DNA of 63,426 nucleotides from NCBI GenBank assembly GCA_031409775.1, contig JANNXY010000034.1:1-63426 (forward strand). The letters are read 5' to 3'. The notes beneath the pieces were generated by a model that was not told where the DNA came from, made no database searches, and saw nothing but the letters and a program-made list of their open reading frames with translations. Below, piece after piece: positions 27,080-36,181 of this stretch. The DNA comes from a bacterium (GTDB taxonomy: Bacteria > Patescibacteriota > Minisyncoccia > Phycocordibacterales > CAIZIN01). A program made the position numbers and the translations under genes. Each line of letters opens with the position of its first letter. Within the stretch, counting starts at the first letter, position 1.

Positions 27080-28072
27080 CTAAAACGGGTTTTTGCCGCC
27101 GCGGACTTCAAAGTGGAGATGGACACCGGTGGATTTGCCTGTGTTGCCCATAGTACCGATCTGAGCGCCCTGACTTACCTTGCTTCCTGCAACTATAGAG
27201 ACTTGGTTCAGATGGGCATACAGAGTCTGGGTACCGTTGCTATGTTTGATTACGATATAGTTACCGTAGCCACCATTCCAGCCACCATCAGCTCTAGAAA
27301 TGATCACTTCACCTCCTGCTGCTGCATAGATAGGTGCGCCGAGGTATGATGCGATATCTACTCCATTGTGACCATGGATGCCCTGGGTTCTGGTACCACC
27401 CTTGACTGGACGAGTAAACCCTGTGGTGCTCGGGCTGGATTTGGTAGGGGATTTGGTAGCGACAACTGCAGCCTCGGCATCTGGTATGATTATGACCTGA
27501 CCCACAACCAGACTACCGATGTCGTTGAACTGGGTGATTTCTGATGAATCTGCATTGTAGGATTTGGCTATCCCATCGACAGTGTCGCCTTTCTTTACCA
27601 CATATCTAACCCCAGTTACAGGTAATATTGTGAGAATCTGTCCCTCTGTGAGCCCGCCGGAGACATTGTTGGCCCAGCGGATCGTGTTTACTGATACACC
27701 GAACATCTTGGCGATATCTGCTAGACTATCACCTTTGCGGACCTCGTATATACTGATCTGATCAGCTTCGGGGATGTATTCGCCTAGAACCTCGCCAGAC
27801 GGGGTTGTGTTGCTCACCAGAGAATCTGATTCTACTAGGATATCTGGCTTCACTGTCGATCCCTCTGGACCACCTTCTGCCTCTAGTATCGGCATAGTCT
27901 GGATATTGCGAATAGGGGCAGATGCACTAGCTGAACTGCCTCCAAACATGCTACTAATAGCATCAAATATGCCCGCCTCGGCAAGCTGAGGTGAAATAAA
28001 ATAAGCAAAAACAAAAACCATAAGGACGATAAAATGAGTTGCTATAGGGGATTTGGGGTGAGGTTTTAACAC
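27080..28072 (-). CDS. LysM-domain M23 peptidase
   Basis: Two LysM repeats (YEVRKGDSLADIAKMFGVSVNTI; YVVKKGDTVDGIAKSY). M23 motifs HNGVDI and GNTGKSTGVHLHFE. GTG start in the track. Confidence 0.85.
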   Translation of the reverse strand: MLKPHPKSPIATHFIVLMVFVFAYFISPQLAEAGIFDAISSMFGGSSASASAPIRNIQTMPILEAEGGPEGSTVKPDILVESDSLVSNTTPSGEVLGEYIPEADQISIYEVRKGDSLADIAKMFGVSVNTIRWANNVSGGLTEGQILTILPVTGVRYVVKKGDTVDGIAKSYNADSSEITQFNDIGSLVVGQVIIIPDAEAAVVATKSPTKSSPSTTGFTRPVKGGTRTQGIHGHNGVDIASYLGAPIYAAAGGEVIISRADGGWNGGYGNYIVIKHSNGTQTLYAHLNQVSIVAGSKVSQGAQIGTMGNTGKSTGVHLHFEVRGGKNPF

Positions 28073-28275
28073 TTAAATATGATTGATTGGGAAGGGTGGA
28101 TTCTGTATAATGGCTTGGTTAAGCCATTTGGTCATGCGGAAATTCTGGCGACTTGTTAATACTACCGTTCCCATAATGTTTGTCAACCGCTCGATATCCA
28201 TCAAATGGGGATAATGATATGGGCAATTTCTCTATAGCCTTATATACTTAGGTTAATTAAACGCGCTTATCACCA

Positions 28276-30894
28276 ATGTCTAACGAACAACCTAGAAAAC
28301 CCAAGAAAAAAGATGTACATATTGCTGATTTGGTGGCTAGATTTGATAATCAAGATCATATGGAAGAGGAAAACGAGAGGATGGAGCGTTTTAGAAAACT
28401 AGAGAAAAAGCCATCTAAGGCAAGTAAAGAAACTAAGACTCAGGAAGAGTATTTAGATGACTTAGGCAGGGGACTGGAAAAAACAAAAAAGATAAGTGCT
28501 AATGCTAACGAAGCAATAAGAGATATTCACATGGCATTTAAAAAAATGAAGTTTGAAGACGAAACTGAGGACAACGCCCCAATTATTGATCCTGATGATT
28601 TGGAAAAAGCCAGTATAGAAATTAAAGAAAAAAACACAAAGGCAAGAGAGTTGTTTGATGATTTCAAAAAGCCCATCAACTTTACTCAGATCGATAAGGC
28701 AATGAGATTTGAGGGGTCGAGAAATGCTAAATTCATAGGCAACAGAGCTACCCCCCCGGCCGCCGAACCAGTTGAAACTGTGGTTGATGAGTGGGAAGAA
28801 AAGAGATTGGGAATGCTCCTACATCTTAGTGATTATATTAAAAGGGAGGAAGAATACATTAGTCGAGCACAAGGATTAATTGATTCTGATAAAGTCATCG
28901 GTACTTCGGTTACTAAGTTAGAAGAGGCGATAAGGGACTCAAAAAATGGTATAGTATCCTCCGCACGATTAGCTGAAATTACTGAAATGGATGCATCGGA
29001 GTATAAGTCATGGTTAGGGGAAGATAATAGTCCAAAAGATCCTGAACCAGTCATAGAACAAGCCCCTGCAGCAGAACCCGCCCCAGCTGAGCCGCCTCCG
29101 CTTCCGGATCCAGCTCTAGTAGAACCGCCCCCGCTTCCACCACCACTTCCTAAGCCCAAACCTCAGAAATCTCCCAAGAAACCCGTCGAACCACCACCTC
29201 TGCCAGTGTTCGACGAATACGCAAATCCAAATCCAAAACCACAACCAAAGAAGGTTAAAAATGAATACTTTGACCCATATACAGACGTATTAAATCCGCA
29301 ATGGAAAGTCGGAGGGGATTGGGAAAAGAAGGGGGAAGCGGCAGAGGCGATACACAAAGCAGCTGCAGATCTGCGGAAAAACGGTGTTGAAGAGGACAAA
29401 GTGAAGGCAATCGAGAAGCGAGAGGAAGAAAAGATGTGGGTACAAGAGAAGGAAGAAGCACAGAAGATGCTTGACGATGCTAGAGCTAGATTTGTAGCAG
29501 AACATCAAGCGGGGGAGAAGGCACACAAAGAGCGCCCAAGGCTCGAGAAGCTCAAAGACATGCTAAAGCTCACCGGACTTCGTAGAAGTCTCGGGTTCAA
29601 GGTAAAAGAAAAAGAACCTACCAATGAATTCAAATCTGCTCGCAAAGAATACGACATAGCCAAGAAGCGCTTCCAGAACGCAGAGTCGAACCTGATCCGT
29701 GGTAGGGAGGAGGGCAAGCCCGAGAAAGAGATCCAAGCACAGATAGCCAAGGAATTGTTGCTAAATGTCTCTGCCCGCGAATACAGCGAGCTCGCTAAAG
29801 CGAGGGTAGAAAATCTAACCCCAACAGAGAAGGGAAGTGTGAGGAAACTCCTCGATAGATATCGCAGAATGAGTCCAGGTACCAAGGTAATACTCACATC
29901 TACACTAATCACTGGTGTCACTCTAGTAGGGTTCGGTCCGGCAGTGGCTGCAGGTGTATTTACAGCTAGTGTGGGTAGGAAATTCCTCGCACTCGGATTG
30001 TCTACTGCTACAACAGCTGCCACCAAAGTATGGCTGGGTAATAAAAACGAAAAGGCAAGAATAGAAAAGCTTACCCAAGCCGAAGAAAGTTACTCTCCGA
30101 TAGGGGACATCAATACTTATGACACCATAGAGAACGAAGCAGAGACAAAGAGATTCAAAGCGGCACTATTGTCCGCAGGAGCAGGTGCAGCCGTAGCGCT
30201 CCTCATCACACTCACTGTCCGCGCAGAGGGACTCGACGATGCCCTAAGCAAGTCAGTGACAGATAAATTTATCCCAGACGAGAAAATACCTGGCGATGTT
30301 ATGCCGAAAGCCAGGATTGATATGAGATTGGAAAGGGATAATACGAGTGACACCGGAGCAAAACCTGTATTTACAAATGAAATAAAAGACTTCAAAGTTC
30401 ATGGCAAGGTGGTTAGTGACTCGGCAGAGCTATCATTGCGCAAGACCCTCGAAGGCAATGCAGAGAAATTCGGCTGGAAGCCAGAGTCCGGCATGACTGC
30501 TAGCAAATGGTCAGAGATCGAGATGGACAAATTTGCAAAAACAGAAGAAGGAGCAATGATTAGATATGCCCAGACTCATGATGGAAATAGGATAGTTGCA
30601 GAAGTTAAGCCCGAGGGGGGATTCACTGCTCGGGTAGAAGCAGGTGAGGGCAAGATGTATACATTCGATAAGAAGTTTGAGAAGCTGTTTGCCGAGAAGA
30701 AAACATTTGGCCCAGATGTGCCCGCGGTTAAATCCGTTGCTTGGAATGAATTGAATAAAATACCTAAAGCAAAACTATTGGATACCAAATTTTCTGTGCC
30801 AGAAATCATCCGCGAATACGCTCTGCGCGGCAAAGCAACACCAACTCAGGTCAGGGCATTTAGAGATCTAGTAATTAATAAAAAAATCGTATGA
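28276..30894 (+). CDS. large hypothetical membrane protein with proline-rich EPPPLP repeats
   Basis: 872 aa. K/E-rich N-terminus, Pro-rich tract (about 29041-29260), two to three TM segments, C-terminal globular part. Confidence 0.55.
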   Translation: MSNEQPRKPKKKDVHIADLVARFDNQDHMEEENERMERFRKLEKKPSKASKETKTQEEYLDDLGRGLEKTKKISANANEAIRDIHMAFKKMKFEDETEDNAPIIDPDDLEKASIEIKEKNTKARELFDDFKKPINFTQIDKAMRFEGSRNAKFIGNRATPPAAEPVETVVDEWEEKRLGMLLHLSDYIKREEEYISRAQGLIDSDKVIGTSVTKLEEAIRDSKNGIVSSARLAEITEMDASEYKSWLGEDNSPKDPEPVIEQAPAAEPAPAEPPPLPDPALVEPPPLPPPLPKPKPQKSPKKPVEPPPLPVFDEYANPNPKPQPKKVKNEYFDPYTDVLNPQWKVGGDWEKKGEAAEAIHKAAADLRKNGVEEDKVKAIEKREEEKMWVQEKEEAQKMLDDARARFVAEHQAGEKAHKERPRLEKLKDMLKLTGLRRSLGFKVKEKEPTNEFKSARKEYDIAKKRFQNAESNLIRGREEGKPEKEIQAQIAKELLLNVSAREYSELAKARVENLTPTEKGSVRKLLDRYRRMSPGTKVILTSTLITGVTLVGFGPAVAAGVFTASVGRKFLALGLSTATTAATKVWLGNKNEKARIEKLTQAEESYSPIGDINTYDTIENEAETKRFKAALLSAGAGAAVALLITLTVRAEGLDDALSKSVTDKFIPDEKIPGDVMPKARIDMRLERDNTSDTGAKPVFTNEIKDFKVHGKVVSDSAELSLRKTLEGNAEKFGWKPESGMTASKWSEIEMDKFAKTEEGAMIRYAQTHDGNRIVAEVKPEGGFTARVEAGEGKMYTFDKKFEKLFAEKKTFGPDVPAVKSVAWNELNKIPKAKLLDTKFSVPEIIREYALRGKATPTQVRAFRDLVINKKIV

Positions 30895-31202
30895 AGAAAA
30901 TCGCTGATATAAACTTGCTCAAGTCCCTCGGCCTCGATGCGCTACCTGTGGCAGACCAGGAAGCGATGCTTCTGCAGATAGGGGATGTGATATATGAATC
31001 GATCATATCGAGAGTCCTCGGTGAGCTCAAGTCGAAAGAAAAGACCGACCTCGACTATATGCTCACCCACAACCCGACTCCAGAGCAGATAGGCGAATTC
31101 ATGTCAGAGAAAGTTCCCCATATCGACCAAATAGCAACCGAAGAAATCGAAGCATTCAAATCCATCGCGCTAAAGAATCATAGGAAATTGGTGACAGCTT
31201 AA
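30891..31202 (+). CDS. hypothetical protein (103 aa)
   Basis: ORF overlaps the stop of the preceding gene by 4 nt (translationally coupled layout). Confidence 0.45.
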   Translation: MKKIADINLLKSLGLDALPVADQEAMLLQIGDVIYESIISRVLGELKSKEKTDLDYMLTHNPTPEQIGEFMSEKVPHIDQIATEEIEAFKSIALKNHRKLVTA

Positions 31203-31244
31203 ACCCACTTTGCATTATTGCTGATTTACTGATATACTGAATTC

Positions 31245-31490
31245 ATGACTAAAGTTATAACAATCAATGAAAGAGGGACACTCACTCTACCAAAGGAAAT
31301 GAGGAGCATCTTGGGAGTAGAAGATGGAGGACAAGTAATAATAGATACTTTAGCAGATGGAAGTGTTGCATTACGTGCTGGATACATGGTACCCCTAGAA
31401 ATATACTCTGATGACCGTATAGAGGAGTTCGATTTAATGAACGAAGAACCTCTTCGCAGCAGCAAATCCAAATGGCAAAAGAAAAATTAA
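31245..31490 (+). CDS. AbrB/MazE/SpoVT-type antitoxin
   Basis: ITINERGTLTLPKEMRSILGVEDGGQVII swapped-hairpin motif. TATACT ends 6 nt before the ATG. Confidence 0.7.
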   Translation: MTKVITINERGTLTLPKEMRSILGVEDGGQVIIDTLADGSVALRAGYMVPLEIYSDDRIEEFDLMNEEPLRSSKSKWQKKN

Positions 31491-31876
31491 AGATATTTCT
31501 GGATGCTAACATCCTATTTTCAGCTTCATTGCCAAATAGCTTAGTTTTTGAATATTTGAAATCCCTATCAGAAAAAGTGGACTTTACTACAAGCTATTAT
31601 GCAGTAGATGAGGCCAGCAGGAATATCAGAATAAAGTTCAAAGATAGACTAGAATTTTTCCAAGATTTGTCGTTGCTAATCGAGTCAACTCAAGCTAGTT
31701 TATTTGAAGTAGATGTAGAGATAAATAAAAAAGATTTACCCATAATCTGCGGTGCTATTTCAGCCCAAGCTGATTATTTGCTCACAGGGGACAAAAAAGA
31801 TTTTGGCCATTTGTTTGGTAAAACAATTCAAGGTGTGAAAATCGTAAATATCCAGATGTTATTAGATGAGTTATAA
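31472..31876 (+). CDS. PIN-domain toxin
   Basis: KIFLDANILFSA and LLTGDKKDFG acidic motifs. Overlaps the antitoxin by 19 nt. Confidence 0.7.
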   Translation: MAKEKLKIFLDANILFSASLPNSLVFEYLKSLSEKVDFTTSYYAVDEASRNIRIKFKDRLEFFQDLSLLIESTQASLFEVDVEINKKDLPIICGAISAQADYLLTGDKKDFGHLFGKTIQGVKIVNIQMLLDEL

Positions 31877-33833
31877 TCATCCCATGACTCATCTAGATAG
31901 CCTCAACGAAAAGCAAAAAGAAGCGGTCCTCCAGACGGAAGGACCGCTTCTGGTACTAGCGGGTGCCGGGGCCGGCAAGACCAAGATGCTTACTCATCGT
32001 ATTTTACATTTGATCAAAAACGGCGTGGCTCCGCGCTCGATTCTCGCCATCACATTTACCAACAAAGCAGCCAAGGAAATGCGCGAAAGGGTATACAAAC
32101 TAATTCACGAAGATCATGAATTAAATTTGCCATTAGCGTTTCATCAAAAAAATTCAGATGTGCCTTTCGTTAGTACATTTCACGCTTTGGGCGTGCATAT
32201 AATCAGAGAACAGAGCCAATTGCTCGGCCTGACACGCAACTTCACAATATTTGACAAGCAGGACGGTAGGCGCGCCGCCAAAGAAGCTGTGGTCAAAGCC
32301 CAACTCGATCCCAAGATCTATGACCCAACCAAGTTCCTCGGAATGATATCGCGAGAGAAGAGCAACATGGTAACACTCGATAAATACCTCGCGAACAACA
32401 GTGGTGACTACATGCACAACATACTCGCAGAGGTCTGGAAGCATTACGAAGCTATTCTGAAGAATGAAAAAGCTCTCGACTTCGATGACTTATTGCTCAA
32501 GACCGCTATGCTTCTAGAAAGCAACGAAACCGTCCGCAAATACTATCAATCAATCTGGAAATATATCCACGTCGACGAATACCAAGATACCAACAGAGTT
32601 CAGTACAAAATAGCAGATATACTTTCAGCAGAGAGTCGTAATATTTGTGTGGTGGGTGATATAGACCAAAATATTTATTCTTGGAGAGGAGCTGATATTA
32701 AAAATATTATCAATTTCGAAAAAGACTACCTTGGTGCAAAGATAGTATTGCTCGAAGAAAACTACAGGTCCACCCAGATCATACTCACAGCAGCCAACGA
32801 AATTATAAAGAAAAATACAAATAGACGAGAAAAGAATCTGTTTACCCGTAATGGTGAAGGCAGCAAGATAAAAATGATCATGGCTTATGATGAGAATGAC
32901 GAAGCGAGGCTAATCGGCGAGAATATCCAGACCATCATAGACTCCGGAACCAACCCTAGTGAGATATGTATACTATATAGAGCGAATTTCCAATCCCGTG
33001 TACTCGAGGAGTCGATGCTCCGTCGCAGTATCCCGTACCAGGTACTCGGCACCAAATTCTTTGAGCGCAAGGAAATCAAGGACATCATCGCATACATCCG
33101 AGCAGCTATGAACCCCGAGAGTCTAGGGGATTTGAAAAGGATCATCAACGAACCAGCTCGTGGACTGGGCAAGGTAACTGTGCTCAAGGTTATGTCTAAT
33201 CAGGCTCATGAATTACCTATTGCTACTCAGAGGAAGGTTAGCGACTTTATGTCATTGCTTAGAGAAATCAAGGAGGTTGCAGAACGTGAGCGTCCATCCA
33301 AAGTTGTCCAATTCATCCTCAGCGCTTCGGGGATGGAAGAGGCTTATGAACATGACGGACTCGAAGGCGAAGAAAGGCTCGAGAATGTGAGAGAGCTCGT
33401 AACCCTCGCCACCAAATACGACGCTATGCCCCAGGACGAAGGCCTAGAGAAAATGCTCGAGGAGGCCGCGCTCGCATCGGACCAAGACGAGATCAAAGAC
33501 AACCGAGACGCAGTGAAACTCATGACCATTCACGCTTCCAAAGGACTAGAATTCGAATATGTATTTATATCGGGGCTTGAGCAGGGATTGTTCCCACATG
33601 CAGGCCATGGCGAGAAGGACAGAGACGAGGAGGAAGAGAGGAGACTATTCTATGTCGCACTCACGAGAGCAAAGAAAGCTCTATATCTATCATTTGCCAA
33701 CATGCGTACCATATTTGGCCAGAGGCAGATCAACGTCCAGTCAGAGTTCCTCGGAGATATCAGCGAAGATCTCATGGATCGGGAAGAACGCCCCACATCC
33801 CAGAGCGCCAAGGATATTTTTATTGACTTCTAG
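31866..33833 (+). CDS. pcrA: UvrD/PcrA-type ATP-dependent DNA helicase
   Basis: Walker A AGAGAGKTKMLTHR, motif II VDEYQDTN, motif VI TIHASKGLEF. The true start may be the ATG at 31884. Confidence 0.9.
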   Translation: MSYNHPMTHLDSLNEKQKEAVLQTEGPLLVLAGAGAGKTKMLTHRILHLIKNGVAPRSILAITFTNKAAKEMRERVYKLIHEDHELNLPLAFHQKNSDVPFVSTFHALGVHIIREQSQLLGLTRNFTIFDKQDGRRAAKEAVVKAQLDPKIYDPTKFLGMISREKSNMVTLDKYLANNSGDYMHNILAEVWKHYEAILKNEKALDFDDLLLKTAMLLESNETVRKYYQSIWKYIHVDEYQDTNRVQYKIADILSAESRNICVVGDIDQNIYSWRGADIKNIINFEKDYLGAKIVLLEENYRSTQIILTAANEIIKKNTNRREKNLFTRNGEGSKIKMIMAYDENDEARLIGENIQTIIDSGTNPSEICILYRANFQSRVLEESMLRRSIPYQVLGTKFFERKEIKDIIAYIRAAMNPESLGDLKRIINEPARGLGKVTVLKVMSNQAHELPIATQRKVSDFMSLLREIKEVAERERPSKVVQFILSASGMEEAYEHDGLEGEERLENVRELVTLATKYDAMPQDEGLEKMLEEAALASDQDEIKDNRDAVKLMTIHASKGLEFEYVFISGLEQGLFPHAGHGEKDRDEEEERRLFYVALTRAKKALYLSFANMRTIFGQRQINVQSEFLGDISEDLMDREERPTSQSAKDIFIDF

Positions 33834-33850
33834 ATTTAAGGTGCTATACT
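33823..33850 (+). promoter_or_regulatory. near-consensus promoter with no downstream ORF start
   Basis: TTGACT-N16-(TGC)TATACT overlapping the pcrA stop codon. Confidence 0.55.
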
Positions 33851-33856
33851 AGTTGT

Positions 33857-34061
33857 AGTTCTTTCGAATTTCCTTGGTTGGGGCGTCCGGTGCATAATGT
33901 CCAGTGTGGACTGCAGCCACATCCGTTGGCACACACATTTTTGCGCCGGCGCTTTCCCTTGTTTGTTGATGATGACAGCTCCCTGCAGTCGGTGGAACCG
34001 ACTGCAGGGATGCATGCCAATTTCGCTCACCCCTCTATATGTTGTGGGTGAGTTTTGATTT
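33857..34061 (+). ncRNA. candidate structured small RNA of about 200 nt, identity unknown
   Basis: Bounded by promoter 33823-33850 and terminator CTCACCC/GGGTGAG plus TTTT (34027-34061). Locally GC-rich. Perfect 12-bp hairpin CCCTGCAGTCGG-TGGAA-CCGACTGCAGGG (33981-34009) and further stems. Confidence 0.45.
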
Positions 34062-34080
34062 AGGAGAAATTTTATTTAAT

Positions 34081-34872
34081 ATGTACGCAAAGAAATCATT
34101 GGGCCAAAACTTCCTCCTCTCTAGAGCTCCGATTCACAAGATGATCGGTGAATGTTTGGTTACACGCTCTGACACCGTGCTCGAGATCGGCCCCGGCAAA
34201 GGAATACTTACCCGAGAGCTACTAGCAACCGGTGCCAGAGTGATCGCGGTAGAGAAAGATGACCTACTCATACCAATACTCCACGAGACATTTAAATCTG
34301 AAACAGATTCAGGTCAGCTTAATCTAATTCATGGGGATATTTTAAACCTTTCAACTTCTAACTTACAACTAACAACTAATTCCTATAAACTAATTGCCAA
34401 CATCCCATACTACATAACCGGTGAGATCATCCGCAAATTCCTCGAGTCAGATAACCAACCATCCTGCATGGCACTGCTGGTACAGAAAGAAGTTGCAGAG
34501 AGAATAGTAGCGAGGGATGCCAAAGAAAGCATATTGTCCATAAGTGTCAAAGCATATGGAACTCCGTCGTATGGTGGCACCGTGAAGAAAACATCATTTA
34601 GACCAATCCCCAACGTAGACTCTGCGGTGATAGTGGTAAAGAATATAAATAAAAAGAATTTCGTAAATGTAACAGAGAAGGAGTTTTTCAAATTTGTTAA
34701 AACTGGATTCGCTCACAAGAGGAAGCAACTCGGTAGCAATCTGAAAGAATTGATTTCTGCAGAAGGTTTAGAGAAATTAAATATAAATCCCAAGGTTAGA
34801 GCGGAGGATTTGAAATTGAAAGATTGGCTAGCTATTTCAGAGATGTGCCAACACCGGGCAGGAACGGTATAG
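34081..34872 (+). CDS. rsmA: 16S rRNA (adenine1518/1519-N6)-dimethyltransferase
   Basis: KKSLGQNFL N-terminus, SAM motif VLEIGPGKGILT, NIPYYIT motif. Confidence 0.9.
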   Translation: MYAKKSLGQNFLLSRAPIHKMIGECLVTRSDTVLEIGPGKGILTRELLATGARVIAVEKDDLLIPILHETFKSETDSGQLNLIHGDILNLSTSNLQLTTNSYKLIANIPYYITGEIIRKFLESDNQPSCMALLVQKEVAERIVARDAKESILSISVKAYGTPSYGGTVKKTSFRPIPNVDSAVIVVKNINKKNFVNVTEKEFFKFVKTGFAHKRKQLGSNLKELISAEGLEKLNINPKVRAEDLKLKDWLAISEMCQHRAGTV

Positions 34873-35188
34873 GCCCAGTCACTGTCCCAAGAGCTGGGAT
34901 AGCTGTATTACCTAGTACACATACTCCTCCGAAGAAGGCCGTACCTATAATACTATTCCCTGGAAGCCACACATTGTAGTACTGGTTGAGGCGAGATATC
35001 TTGGGATCATAAATTATAGGTATAACGGTTTTGTATAGTAGGTCTAGCTCGTATATAAGCGTACTACCATCATTGCAGAATATAACTGATGCGACTCTGC
35101 CTCCGAACGGGAATGATGTCTGTGCATAAGTAAGCTGCGGCAGGACAATTCCTGCAACAAACAGTACCGCAATAAATATTTTCTTCAT
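34832..35188 (-). CDS. small secreted hypothetical protein
   Basis: Clear signal peptide MKKIFIAVLFVAGIVLPQLTYAQ. TGATATAAT ends 6 nt before the ATG. 41-nt convergent overlap with rsmA. Confidence 0.55.
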   Translation of the reverse strand: MKKIFIAVLFVAGIVLPQLTYAQTSFPFGGRVASVIFCNDGSTLIYELDLLYKTVIPIIYDPKISRLNQYYNVWLPGNSIIGTAFFGGVCVLGNTAIPALGTVTGPIPFLPGVGTSLK

Positions 35189-35218
35189 TAGTACATTATA
35201 TCATGTATAATTACATAC

Positions 35219-36181
35219 ATGAGCAACAGATCTAGTCCGAGCAAGAAAGTAGTAGCATTGGGTATCGTATGCCTATCGGTGCTTTCTGCTGTTGCGATAT
35301 ACAAATGGCTTCCTAGATACGAACCAGAGAACCCTATACTTACAACTATCAGTCCGGACTTGACCCTATCTATCACTGCCACCCAGACTGACAGGGACAG
35401 TGACGGTGACGGACTACTCGACTGGCAGGAGGGTCTGTGGGGAACCAATCCCCAGGAGAAGGATTCTGACAATGACAAGACCCCTGACGGTGCAGAGGTA
35501 CAAGCAGGCCGGAACCCTACACTAGCAGGACCAGATGACTTGCAGGCCACGTCATCGCTCGCAGCGGGGTTGTTCCCAGACAGCGTTGCCCAGGGATTCG
35601 ACAACAGTCTGTCTGGCAATATCACCAAAGAGATGTTTTATTCATTTATAAATACCAAACAGGACCGAGGTATCGCATTTAGTACCGAAGATATCACACA
35701 GATCACATCCGAGCTCACAGCGAGCGCAGAGAATAGCCGTGTAACATTTGAGAAATACTCCCTAGACTCCATAGGCACATTCCCAGATAGCGACCTAGAA
35801 AGGGCAGAGGAGTATGGTGACAAATTCGCACAGATATATATAGATACGGAACAGAAACTAAACAAGCTCTCCAACGATGATATAGAATCAATCCTCCGAG
35901 AGCAGATAGCACTGGCCAAGAGCCTGTCTATACTATATGTCCCACAGTCACTACAGAGATCCCACGCCCAGATAGTAAACGACACATACAACGCTGGAGT
36001 TATCTACGAAATCCTCAGTAATTATGAGAATGACCCCATAAAGGCGATAGTCGCCGTAAAGAGCCTACGGGCTATAGAGGAGCGCAAAGTCGAGCTGTTT
36101 ACAACTATAGCCAATTATTTCCGCCGAAATGCTATAATTTTCACTAATCCTACCACCAAAGCATTATGGGAAAATTTTTAA
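35219..36181 (+). CDS. membrane-anchored protein with thrombospondin-type-3-like Ca-binding repeats
   Basis: N-terminal TM. DRDSDGDGLLDWQE and DSDNDKTPDGAE DxDxDG-type repeats. Confidence 0.55.
   Translation: MSNRSSPSKKVVALGIVCLSVLSAVAIYKWLPRYEPENPILTTISPDLTLSITATQTDRDSDGDGLLDWQEGLWGTNPQEKDSDNDKTPDGAEVQAGRNPTLAGPDDLQATSSLAAGLFPDSVAQGFDNSLSGNITKEMFYSFINTKQDRGIAFSTEDITQITSELTASAENSRVTFEKYSLDSIGTFPDSDLERAEEYGDKFAQIYIDTEQKLNKLSNDDIESILREQIALAKSLSILYVPQSLQRSHAQIVNDTYNAGVIYEILSNYENDPIKAIVAVKSLRAIEERKVELFTTIANYFRRNAIIFTNPTTKALWENF

Noticed and set aside
33836-34030. 64-aa minus-strand ORF in the pcrA-rsmA spacer
   Set aside because: Cys/His/Arg-rich composition typical of a GC-rich structured-RNA region read in a random frame. 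No promoter or start context on the minus strand. The region is better explained by the plus-strand promoter-to-terminator RNA candidate.
33857-34061. Identification of the structured RNA as SRP RNA, tmRNA, RNase P RNA or 6S RNA
   Set aside because: The main hairpin is perfectly paired and lacks the SRP helix-8 internal loops. There is no tRNA-like 3' end or tag ORF for tmRNA. It is far too short and lacks conserved boxes for RNase P. 6S cannot be confirmed by eye. Identity left open.
34832-34872. 41-nt convergent overlaps (rsmA with 34832-35188; 54461-54715 with 54675-55244) as a meaningful recurring feature
   Set aside because: The identical overlap length is probably coincidence. In both cases the end of one partner is uncertain.
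35188-35628. Long antisense ORFs opposite real genes. Examples: 35188-35628(-), 29505-30026(-), 53723-54298(-), 16072-16560(-), 10002-10469(+), 25542-26009(-), 44288-44824(-)
   Set aside because: Each lies fully inside a gene with clear family motifs on the other strand and has Ser/Pro/Arg-rich shadow composition. Treated as non-coding.
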